DNA of 64,000 bases, from contig CAZVGV010000001.1 in NCBI GenBank assembly GCA_964627055.1, positions 19,620-83,619 of the forward strand. The letters run 5' to 3'. Positions 57,071-64,000 of the stretch are shown here, one piece after another (the stretch's first letter is position 1; each line of letters opens with the position of its first letter). The position numbers and the translations under genes were made by a program. This DNA is from an uncultured Gammaproteobacteria bacterium. GTDB lineage: Bacteria > Patescibacteriota > Patescibacteriia > Magasanikbacterales > JBBTQS01. Below the pieces are notes generated by a model, which had not been told where the DNA came from, did no database searches, and was given only the letters and a program-made list of their open reading frames with translations.

Positions 57071-57490
57071 ATGAGCCCGTATGAGATTCCGGGTGCGTAT
57101 GTTGCATTGTTTACGCACGACAGGGTGGAGTATGTCACGGTGGATTACTACCACCGTGGACAAAGCGGGCTGAAAATTATCCGACCAGACCTTGTCTTTC
57201 CCGAGTGGGAAGATCGAGGACTGGTGGGTGTTGCGCCCAGCACCATGCGCACGTTGCACGCTGATCTGGCGGTGCTCCATCGGCGACGCGTGATCGTCTG
57301 CGTCACACAGTGCCAAGTCCAAGCAGGAGAGAGCATGCTTCCTGGTTGGAGGATCGCAAGATTGCGCTTCAAGATGAAACGTATTAACGACCTCCCTACG
57401 GCACTCCGGCCGACAATCAGTGTCACGGACGAACCTGTGGGGGTGGGTTTGCCAATCCGACGCGTCGTCTTTCTCCTCCGCGTGTCGTGA
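57071..57490 (+). CDS. Hypothetical protein (139 aa), GC-rich
   Basis: Consensus SD AGGAGG 11 nt upstream. Preferred over the overlapping 223-aa minus-strand ORF, which lacks signals and is Cys/Arg-rich. Confidence 0.45.
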   Translation: MSPYEIPGAYVALFTHDRVEYVTVDYYHRGQSGLKIIRPDLVFPEWEDRGLVGVAPSTMRTLHADLAVLHRRRVIVCVTQCQVQAGESMLPGWRIARLRFKMKRINDLPTALRPTISVTDEPVGVGLPIRRVVFLLRVS

Positions 57491-57551
57491 AGAACGTAGA
57501 AGACACTGGAGCACCCGCCTCACCGTTACGGTAGAGCGCGGGTCTTCTTTT

Positions 57552-57809
57552 TTATAAAAATTCTTTAAGGTCGAAGTCGCGCAGATAGAGGATGACGAAT
57601 CCGATAAGAATACAAACAGCAGCACTTGCGACATCCTGGTTGGGGAAGATGTAAATATCTGCGAGGTGCCACACGCCGCGCCACAGCAACACAATTGCGG
57701 TGCCAACGAGCATCGCAGCGAGAATATGGTGCTGGCGTTCGAACCGTCTCACTCTGCGTTGATATTTTTCGATAACTTCGTTTTCGTTTTTGCGTTGGCG
57801 CTTGGGCAT
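57552..57809 (-). CDS. Small membrane protein (85 aa, two TM segments)
   Basis: Basic N-terminus MPKRQRKNENEV then two hydrophobic helices. Start chosen at the internal Met. Confidence 0.4.
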   Translation of the reverse strand: MPKRQRKNENEVIEKYQRRVRRFERQHHILAAMLVGTAIVLLWRGVWHLADIYIFPNQDVASAAVCILIGFVILYLRDFDLKEFL

Positions 57810-57886
57810 AGAACAAAAATTGTATGCTAAGTATAGCACGAGCGAATCTTGTTGTGAGATGGAACCAATGGTACGGTGAGAATACT

Positions 57887-58135
57887 ATGGATCAACAAAA
57901 AACAACGGCGCAATTGCGCTCAGCAGTGCGTAAACAAACGATTGGATTCATGACCGCAGGTTTCAGCCTTGTGGCTGGTCTTGCGTGGAATGATGCGATT
58001 CAATCTATGATCAAGTGGATCTGGCCAGCAGAAGAGGGTGGCAGTATTGCTGCGAAGTTTTTGTACGCAGCTATTGTGACCTGTGTGATTGTTATCATCA
58101 CGGTTCAGCTGCAAAAATTAGCGGAAAAGGAATAG
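57887..58135 (+). CDS. Small membrane protein (82 aa, two TM segments)
   Basis: MDQQKTTAQLRSAVRKQTIGFMTAGFSLVAGLAWNDAI... with two TM segments. The ORF extends to 57824. Confidence 0.4.
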   Translation: MDQQKTTAQLRSAVRKQTIGFMTAGFSLVAGLAWNDAIQSMIKWIWPAEEGGSIAAKFLYAAIVTCVIVIITVQLQKLAEKE

Positions 58136-58216
58136 ATGAAATACGCGTCATGCAATTGCTGTAGTACTGAAGTGGAAACTCTGGCCAGAGTTCATTTACT
58201 TTTAATCTGAGATTGT

Positions 58217-58741
58217 ATGAAAAAATCAGTACTCGCTATTGCGCTCCCTGCGATATTGGGATTGAGCGTACTTGTATCCGGTAGCGCGTCAGCAATGACG
58301 ATGGGTATGGGTGGTGGTGCACACGCAATGCTGTGGGCACAGAATCCAGATCAGGCTGCTGCACAATTGCAGACACGCTTCGAAAGCGCTGCAAAGATGC
58401 TTGGTATCAGCGTTGAAGATGTGAAGGCGGCGTGGGCAGAAGGTACGTCCATGCAGCAGCTCGCAAAGGACAAGGGAGTAACTGCAGATCAGCTTCGTGC
58501 GCGTGCACTTGAACAGCATCGTGTCGAAGCAAAGGCACAATTGCAATCGCTTGTGACCAAGGGTATTATTACGCAAGCACAGGCTGACGCTCGTCTGAAG
58601 TTCATGGAGACGCAATGGAAGAAGATGGACACTACTTTCCAAGGACAGAAGGACAAGAAAGGTAAAAAAGTGAAGAGCGAAGAGTCTCGCAAGGAGGGTG
58701 CTCGTGGAGGGTTCGGCATGTTTGGTGGAATGCACTTCTAG
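58217..58741 (+). CDS. Secreted hypothetical protein (174 aa)
   Basis: Signal peptide MKKSVLAIALPAILGLSVLVSGSASA, then a helical Lys/Gln-rich body with a Gly/Met-rich C-terminus. Confidence 0.5.
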   Translation: MKKSVLAIALPAILGLSVLVSGSASAMTMGMGGGAHAMLWAQNPDQAAAQLQTRFESAAKMLGISVEDVKAAWAEGTSMQQLAKDKGVTADQLRARALEQHRVEAKAQLQSLVTKGIITQAQADARLKFMETQWKKMDTTFQGQKDKKGKKVKSEESRKEGARGGFGMFGGMHF

Positions 58742-58775
58742 AAAGATATCTGAAAATTCGTAACGTATAAGAACT

Positions 58776-59309
58776 ATGGAGCAAAAGTCGTGGATCGCAG
58801 TTGGTGTATTGGCGGCCATCATCATTATTGGTGTGGCGATCGTCAGTAGCACTGGGGATAAAGAGGAGATAGTAGAACAGCCAGTGAACACCGACCGCAG
58901 TCTTATTGTAGAGGAACAGCCTGCGGTTGAACCGACACAAGTTGAATCTGAGATTGTCGCGACCACGACACCTCCAGCGGCTGTTGTCCCGGCATCTGCA
59001 CCTAGTATCGCTACTTCGTCACCAAGCAAGCCAACAACCGCAAACACTCCCACAACGAATGCGCCAGTAGTTGCTTCGTATACACTTGCTCAAGTGAGTG
59101 TTCATGCATCAGCAAATGATTGCTGGACGGTAGTTCGAGGGAATGTTTACAACGTAACGTCGTTTGTACGTCGTCACCCGGGTGGAGTCGAATCAATCTC
59201 CCAGGTATGCGGCCGTGATGGCACTGCGTTCTTCGAAGATCAGCATGGAGGTCAGAAGTCCCCTGAGTCTGTGCTCGCTTCCTTGAAGGTTGGTGTGCTC
59301 GTACGATAA
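58776..59309 (+). CDS. Membrane-anchored cytochrome b5-like heme-binding domain protein
   Basis: N-terminal TM, Pro/Thr/Ala-rich linker, and a C-terminal cyt-b5 domain with HPGG (LAQVSVHASANDCWTVVRGNVYNVTSFVRRHPGG). Confidence 0.7.
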   Translation: MEQKSWIAVGVLAAIIIIGVAIVSSTGDKEEIVEQPVNTDRSLIVEEQPAVEPTQVESEIVATTTPPAAVVPASAPSIATSSPSKPTTANTPTTNAPVVASYTLAQVSVHASANDCWTVVRGNVYNVTSFVRRHPGGVESISQVCGRDGTAFFEDQHGGQKSPESVLASLKVGVLVR

Positions 59310-59343
59310 TACGGAAAGAGGATTCATTCCTGTAAGACACGAA

Positions 59344-59385
59344 GACAAACCCCGACGCGCGTAAAGCGGTCGGGGTTTGTTGTGT
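59344..59385. terminator. Bidirectional intrinsic terminator (AAACCCCGAC/GTCGGGGTTT)
   Basis: 10-bp stem with a 12-nt loop, then GTTGTGTT; A-rich on the opposite side. Lies between the cyt-b5 gene (+) and the MFS gene (-). Confidence 0.55.
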
Positions 59386-59388
59386 TGG

Positions 59389-60591
59389 TTACTTCTGGAT
59401 CGGCACACGAAGTGCAATCCCAGCGAGCAGCGTACCTGCTATTAGCCAAGCGGCTGCTGCAGAGTACGAGCCGATGAGACCAAAGCAGAGTAGTCCGACG
59501 CCTCCACCGATATGATGCGAGAGCGAAGCGATGGAAAGCAATGTGGCGCGATACTTCGGTGGGAAATGATGGGAGTAGAACCCGTCGCGCAGAGGCGCAA
59601 TGGCACCTCTGCAGGCTTCATGTGCAAGGAATCCACCGATGCTCATAACGGTGCAGAGCCACCCATCAAGGAACCAGAGCGCTACTCCAATTGCTGTGAT
59701 AACGACACCCGTGCTGCTGTACAGCAGGCGTAATGCGTGTTCGTCGCTGCCTGCGAAGACGAGCGCGCGCGGCACTACTACCTTCAGCCCAAACATGATA
59801 CAGAGCGTGATTGCGACATAGAATGCCCCATTCCACTGTTCTCCTCCGAGAGCCTCTTGTACAAGTGGTACCCATTGAATATTAGGAACTGCGATTGCTG
59901 CAGTGAACACCGTTGTGACGATGAACATGTACTTGAGTTGCGTATTCTGCAAACTCCATCGTAGTGCCCCCAACATCGAATCGGCGGGGTGAACTGGGGT
60001 TCCCATATCATGTGCGTTTGCTCTGTAGCCAAGGTCTTCGTGCATCATGTACGAAGCAACTCCAGTTGCAGTGAAGGTTGCGCACGCGGAAAGAATCCAC
60101 GGCGCCTGAGGAGACCACTGGAGGAGCAAGGCACCAATGGGTGCGCCTACGCAGATTGCCAGCGCTTCGATGAATCGAGACTTGGCGAACAGCTTCGACA
60201 TACGCTCGCTGTGTCCAAGCGAACGAAGCTGGTCAGTGATCCAGGCGTCAAAGGCTCCCGAAGCGAAGGTGCATCCGACTGCGTCGATGAGTTCTGCAGC
60301 CATGAACCATGGCATGGATCCGCTGAATCCGAACAGGAGCATGCTGATGGAGTTCATCATCCAGGCGGTCAGTACAGAGCCTCTGCGTCCGAACTTGTCC
60401 GCCAGAATGCCTGTTGGTATCTCGAAGAGGAATTGCCCCCAGAAGAAGACGGAGTTCACAAGGCTCACCTCGAAGATGGTGAGACCGTTGTGCAGCAAGT
60501 AAGGAACGTAGACAGGGAAAATCATCCCAGCCCCGAACGCCCGAAGGAACGTAAGCAGCAGAAAGAGTCGAATGGTCGTGTGAATTGTCAT
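59389..60591 (-). CDS. MFS-family transporter
   Basis: 12 predicted TM segments, a 6+6 repeat and the MFS motif-A-like G-x-L-x-D-K/R-x-G-R-R region (GILADKFGRRG). Confidence 0.8.
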   Translation of the reverse strand: MTIHTTIRLFLLLTFLRAFGAGMIFPVYVPYLLHNGLTIFEVSLVNSVFFWGQFLFEIPTGILADKFGRRGSVLTAWMMNSISMLLFGFSGSMPWFMAAELIDAVGCTFASGAFDAWITDQLRSLGHSERMSKLFAKSRFIEALAICVGAPIGALLLQWSPQAPWILSACATFTATGVASYMMHEDLGYRANAHDMGTPVHPADSMLGALRWSLQNTQLKYMFIVTTVFTAAIAVPNIQWVPLVQEALGGEQWNGAFYVAITLCIMFGLKVVVPRALVFAGSDEHALRLLYSSTGVVITAIGVALWFLDGWLCTVMSIGGFLAHEACRGAIAPLRDGFYSHHFPPKYRATLLSIASLSHHIGGGVGLLCFGLIGSYSAAAAWLIAGTLLAGIALRVPIQK

Positions 60592-60908
60592 GGAACGCCT
60601 CCTTGGTGGTTGTTGGTGTGGCGGAATCCTGATACCCAGACGAAAACGAAAACGCCTCGGTATCTGGCCGAGACGTTCTTCGTGGAAAATGATGAAAATG
60701 CAATTATGCAGTCATTTCACGAACACAATCCCGGCCAACGCGGAAACCGCGTGACGCGACAAGAACACCAGCAAACTGCGGGGTATCCTTGCGATAAATT
60801 GTGTAGATGTGACCACACATAGTATTGAAATTTCTTCTTTTAGTTGATCACGATTGCACGAATCTGTCAAGTTCGGTACTCTGGGTGTCATAAATACCTC
60901 GAAACGGC

Positions 60909-61601
60909 ATGGGTATGCGTGAACACTATTTCATTACCGACCTCGCAGCACATCAAGGTACAATTCATCTCCAAGACCGCGCGGTTTGCAAGCAAATCAC
61001 GTCAGTATTGCGATTGGGGGTAGGTGACACCATTGTGTTGGGTGATGGGAATGGGACACGCGCAGTCTGCACGATCAGTGCCATCGAGCGAACACAAATA
61101 GTGTGCACCGTCATCAACGAGGTACGTGTGCTAGCGCCGACTCGCGCCATCCGTATTGCGGCTGCTATTACCAAGCGCGACACGTTCGAATGGATGGTCC
61201 AAAAAGTCACAGAAATTGGTGTCACACGAATTACTCCATTGCGCACAGATCGCACGGTGAAGCTCGGTGCCAATCTTGATAGACTCAGCTCGATTGCTCG
61301 CGAAGCAGTTGAACAAAGTGGTCAGGCCTTCCTTCCTGTGATTGATGAGCCCATGACGCTTGATGACCTTCTGCGAGAAGAGCCATCAGGATTTTGGTGT
61401 GAACTTGATGCAACGACATCGAGCGTTGTTCTGGCTAACGCGCCGCACTGTGTTATTGCGATTGGTCCGGAAGGTGGGTGGTCAGAGGAGGAGCGCACAC
61501 AACTACGTCGTGCTTCATGGGAGCCTATACTGTTGGCACACGCGACCCTTCGCGCTGAGACTGCTGCAATCGTTGCAGCTGCCCGCGCACTGCAGGTTTG
61601 A
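60909..61601 (+). CDS. rsmE: 16S rRNA (uracil1498-N3)-methyltransferase RsmE
   Basis: PUA-like N-terminal region and a SPOUT domain with the C-terminal IAIGPEGGWSEEE motif. Confidence 0.8.
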   Translation: MGMREHYFITDLAAHQGTIHLQDRAVCKQITSVLRLGVGDTIVLGDGNGTRAVCTISAIERTQIVCTVINEVRVLAPTRAIRIAAAITKRDTFEWMVQKVTEIGVTRITPLRTDRTVKLGANLDRLSSIAREAVEQSGQAFLPVIDEPMTLDDLLREEPSGFWCELDATTSSVVLANAPHCVIAIGPEGGWSEEERTQLRRASWEPILLAHATLRAETAAIVAAARALQV

Positions 61602-61626
61602 CAGGTAAGGGTGCCTACGCTACACT
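61598..61626 (+). promoter_or_regulatory. Consensus promoter for tRNA-fMet (TTGACA-17-TACACT)
   Basis: -35 at 61598..61603 overlaps the rsmE stop; -10 at 61621..61626; TSS about 25 nt upstream of the tRNA 5' end. Confidence 0.45.
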
Positions 61627-61651
61627 AGAGCTGCTTGAGAAATACATAAAT

Positions 61652-61724
61652 CGCGGGGTAGAGCAATTGGCAGCTCGCCAGGCCCATAACCTGGAGGTTG
61701 GCGGTTCAAGTCCGCCCCCCGCAA
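61652..61724 (+). tRNA. Initiator tRNA-fMet (anticodon CAU); CCA not encoded
   Basis: Near-identical to E. coli tRNAfMet: CGCGGGG acceptor with the C1 x A72 mismatch, anticodon loop CCCAUAA, T-arm GGCGG-UUCAAGU-CCGCC, discriminator A. The 3' flank is CAC rather than CCA. Confidence 0.85.
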
Positions 61725-61732
61725 CACTCCTT

Positions 61733-61770
61733 AAACAAACGCCGCCCCTTTGGGCGGCGTTTGTTTATTT
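61733..61770 (+). terminator. Intrinsic terminator after tRNA-fMet
   Basis: Stem AAACAAACGCCGCCC, loop CTTT, stem GGGCGGCGTTTGTTT, then ATTTC. Confidence 0.6.
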
Positions 61771-62532
61771 CACAAACTCAATGATATTAGGCACGGGCGT
61801 AATCGAGTCGTACGTCAGTGACTTCTTGCCGTCCGGGAATGTCATGTCGCGAATCACGAGGCCAGTTGAAGGACCGCCGTCGAGATTAAGTGCGATACGT
61901 ACTTGCTGGTCACCGCTGAGAGCGCCAGCGATTTCGCGTGCGAATTGGTAGAGCGTGATCTGTCCGAAATAATTGATGATAAGGAGTTGGTTATCCCGGG
62001 TGATCGCGAGAGCGGTTCGGCGAGCGCGTTTGCCACTGTCTTCCTTTACTGCTGGTTCGTAGTTCTTTACGAGGATGGGGTAACTCTGGAGACCGTCCTT
62101 TGTCGCTAGCAACGAATCGATAGATACCTTCGCGAGATCTTCAATCCTCACAGTACCTTGCGCATCAATGCGAATGAGGCCACTGCGGTCGAGATCATAG
62201 GCACTTGATCCTGTGCGTACGCCACCGACAGAGAAATAGCCGGTTGGCAGGTTATTCTCGTCGAAGTAGGATCCATTGATCACCATGCATTGTGTGCACT
62301 GCGCAGCCCACTGGGAAAGAAACATCGATTCTGAGCTCGTGCGCAATCGTGCGCGAGCTCCTTCAGGTACTGGTGTAACCACGAGACCAGAAATATGCGT
62401 CGGATCTGGAGGAAGTGAGTTGCGCGACCCCGAGCTCTCTGGTGCGTGTACAGGGTTCGCCATGATAACCCAAGTGAGCCCCCCAAGGATGCATACGAAA
62501 ACGAGAATAGCGCGTAGAGTCCGAACAAACAT
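61765..62532 (-). CDS. Phosphodiester glycosidase family protein (DUF2233/NAGPA-like), secreted
   Basis: N-terminal TM/signal MFVRTLRAILVFVCILGGLTWVI and the conserved IALNLDGGPSTG motif near the C-terminus. The ORF extends to 62562. Confidence 0.6.
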   Translation of the reverse strand: MFVRTLRAILVFVCILGGLTWVIMANPVHAPESSGSRNSLPPDPTHISGLVVTPVPEGARARLRTSSESMFLSQWAAQCTQCMVINGSYFDENNLPTGYFSVGGVRTGSSAYDLDRSGLIRIDAQGTVRIEDLAKVSIDSLLATKDGLQSYPILVKNYEPAVKEDSGKRARRTALAITRDNQLLIINYFGQITLYQFAREIAGALSGDQQVRIALNLDGGPSTGLVIRDMTFPDGKKSLTYDSITPVPNIIEFVK

Positions 62533-62567
62533 AGATGGTGAGAGTATACCTGTCTCAAACAAAAATC

Positions 62568-62598
62568 GCCACTCAATTTGGGAGGCGATTTTTGTATT
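62568..62598. terminator. Bidirectional intrinsic terminator (AAATCGCC/GGCGATTT)
   Basis: 8-bp stem flanked by A5 and T5. It sits at the 3' end of tRNA-Gly(GCC) on the minus strand. Confidence 0.5.
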
Positions 62599-62602
62599 GC
62601 TG

Positions 62603-62675
62603 AGCGGTAGACCGGATTCGAACCGGCGACCTTTTCCTTGGCAAGGAAACGTTCTACCAACTGAACTACTACCGC
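62603..62675 (-). tRNA. tRNA-Gly (anticodon GCC); CCA not encoded
   Basis: Reverse complement folds as acceptor GCGGTAG/CTACCGC, D-arm GTTC-AGTTGGTA-GAAC, anticodon stem TTTCC/GGAAA with loop TTGCCAA, T-arm GCCGG-TTCGAAT-CCGGT, discriminator U. Confidence 0.85.
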
Positions 62676-62797
62676 AGATAACGCTGCTATGCTACCAGAG
62701 GCCCGGGAAAAACGCAAGACCCAAAACCCGTATAAAAGTCGAGCCTCCAGCGCGGTTGCGGAGGAGGCTCTGGGGGTGGTGATTGGTGTCGGAAGGA

Positions 62798-63556
62798 CTA
62801 CTGGAGCATCGAGGAAGGAGTCTGTGTCGAGAGCCGTTGATGTCCGATCACGCTGGCCTGTGCGTTGTAGAGCAGCACGTCATTGTGTGTACGGAGTCGT
62901 GGCAGCCCGCTCTTGGGTAGCATCGCCAGGATCTGGTTGATCCCGGCAGGATCGATGTGGTTCTCGATGCCCCAGAAGGTGATGACATAGACCAGCGGGT
63001 GGCCGTTATCGTCGCAAAGACGCATGGCACCTGGGAGACTCTCTACCCCCGCAGGTGTGAGTTTCGCCATAGACTCCGGAAGTGCGAAGCTTGCGATTGC
63101 CTCGAGGCATGGTTGTGCACTGTACTGCACAAGAGCGACATCGAACGACAGCATGGAACGGAGCACGCAACGTGCATGCGCCCGCGTGAGCGAAACAGAT
63201 GGGAGATCGTCGCCATCGAGCAACGGTTCGCCGTCGGCGTTGACGAAGAGCAGTTGCGCGGGTTGATCTGCGTCGGCAGGGATGAATGTGGCATGCCAGA
63301 ACGGTGCGGTGTCGAGGTTGCAAGATGTGACACTGTTGCGCAGGATCTCCGCAGAGGTGGGGCACAGTGCAACGTTACCGTTCTCATCGGCCGTGCTGAG
63401 CTGTGTGATCGCCATGAGCACTTGTTCTTCGTGCGTTACTACAGCGATGTTGTCCGCGTTGTCATCAACGAGGACGTAGATGCACAGACCAGTTGCTTCC
63501 TTACGTCCCGCGTAGATCAGTCGCGCCTGTGTATCTCCATTCTCGAATGTTTGCAT
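62798..63556 (-). CDS. Hypothetical protein (about 252 aa), GC3-rich
   Basis: Intact ORF (listed to 63586) with start at MQTFENGDT. About 60% GC. No recognisable domain. Adjacent to tRNA-Gly(GCC). Confidence 0.45.
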   Translation of the reverse strand: MQTFENGDTQARLIYAGRKEATGLCIYVLVDDNADNIAVVTHEEQVLMAITQLSTADENGNVALCPTSAEILRNSVTSCNLDTAPFWHATFIPADADQPAQLLFVNADGEPLLDGDDLPSVSLTRAHARCVLRSMLSFDVALVQYSAQPCLEAIASFALPESMAKLTPAGVESLPGAMRLCDDNGHPLVYVITFWGIENHIDPAGINQILAMLPKSGLPRLRTHNDVLLYNAQASVIGHQRLSTQTPSSMLQ

Positions 63557-63690
63557 CGCAGGGTCTCCTTTTCGATTTCGTACCAAACGATTCGGTACGA
63601 ACCCATCCTATCTCATCCTTTCTTGAAAAGGCAAACACGTCACACCATTTCATTCTTTATATCTGGATTGGTTGCAAATATGTACAAAAA

Positions 63691-63719
63691 CAGTACGACG
63701 CTTAGATCGTCGTACTGAA
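63691..63719 (-). terminator. Minus-strand intrinsic terminator (10-bp stem CAGTACGACG/CGTCGTACTG)
   Basis: Perfect stem with a 7-nt loop; AAAAA on the plus-strand 5' side gives a U-tract on the minus strand. Lies 3' of the partial ORF at the window edge. Confidence 0.5.
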
Positions 63720-63732
63720 TCGGGAGCAGCGC

Positions 63733-64000
63733 TATTTTACGGTCGTCTGGCCACTCTTCACTAGTGGTTTCTCTGCACGAGTTTTTGTGTCTGCTTTTGT
63801 CTGATCGTATGCCGAGTACGTGATGGTATCTTCGGACTCCCATTTAATTGAATAGTTCAGACTAGGGTAGGTGTAGAGTGCGTTCAATGTTTGCCCCTCG
63901 TCGAGAGTAATTGCAGCTGGCTTGAATATTCCACTGACAACGTTAAGAAGGCTGACATGACGAGACGACCCAGAACCAGTTCCTTCTTCATCCAGATTCA
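63733..64000 (-). CDS. Partial ORF (C-terminal about 88 aa) running off the window end
   Basis: Minus-strand frame open from the window edge to the stop at 63733..63735; Ser/Thr-rich. Not in the supplied ORF track because its start lies outside the window. Confidence 0.3.

Noticed and set aside
57035-57706. 223-aa minus-strand ORF overlapping 57071..57490
   Set aside because: It is Cys/Arg-rich and improbable, with no start signals. The plus-strand ORF has a consensus AGGAGG Shine-Dalgarno at ideal spacing.
1-64000. rRNA genes, transposases, integrases, phage structural genes
   Set aside because: No sequence resembling 16S/23S/5S conserved blocks was seen. No DDE/HUH transposase or tyrosine/serine recombinase motifs were found in any ORF. 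The putative islands therefore lack recognisable mobility genes.

Overview
This 64 kb window is chromosomal and looks like a small-genome, possibly CPR/Patescibacteria-like bacterium, with about 55% GC and the standard genetic code (no in-frame TGA in rpoB or rpoC). Recognisable core genes are tig, membrane H+/Na+-pyrophosphatase, a LysM/M23 peptidase, comM/yifB, rpsF-ssb-rpsR (no rplI follows), recA, ftsK, rpoB-rpoC, yebC, ruvC (without ruvAB), trxB, a split transketolase (N and C subunits) followed by a pfkB kinase and class II fba, a TrmB regulator, a spoU methyltransferase, nth, rsmE and an MFS transporter. RNA genes read by eye are tRNA-Gly(UCC) present as two identical copies, tRNA-fMet(CAU) and tRNA-Gly(GCC). 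No rRNA, CRISPR array, transposase or integrase was found. The most interesting regions are: (1) a 2.1 kb lower-GC islet bounded by a 97-bp direct repeat that contains a whole tRNA-Gly(UCC), carrying a 487-aa protein whose C-terminal ~70 aa resemble a HicA/YcfA mRNA-interferase toxin, plus a decayed paralog fragment of the neighbouring gene; (2) a four-gene operon (CooC-like metallochaperone ATPase, fold-III PLP decarboxylase, CysK-like enzyme fused to rhodanese, Fur-family regulator) behind a consensus promoter holding repeated 7-1-7 palindromic boxes TGCAAAT-N-ATTTGCA; (3) several small genes with atypical composition (GC3-rich or AT-rich) that look horizontally acquired, including a two-gene cassette between trxB and transketolase; (4) a nuclease/exonuclease/Pif1-helicase cluster next to the tRNA islet; (5) a tightly defined ~140-nt transcription unit (palindromic operator, consensus promoter, intrinsic terminator) that is either an sRNA or a leaderless 45-aa protein. 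All protein calls come from motifs read by eye in the translations; no database search was possible.
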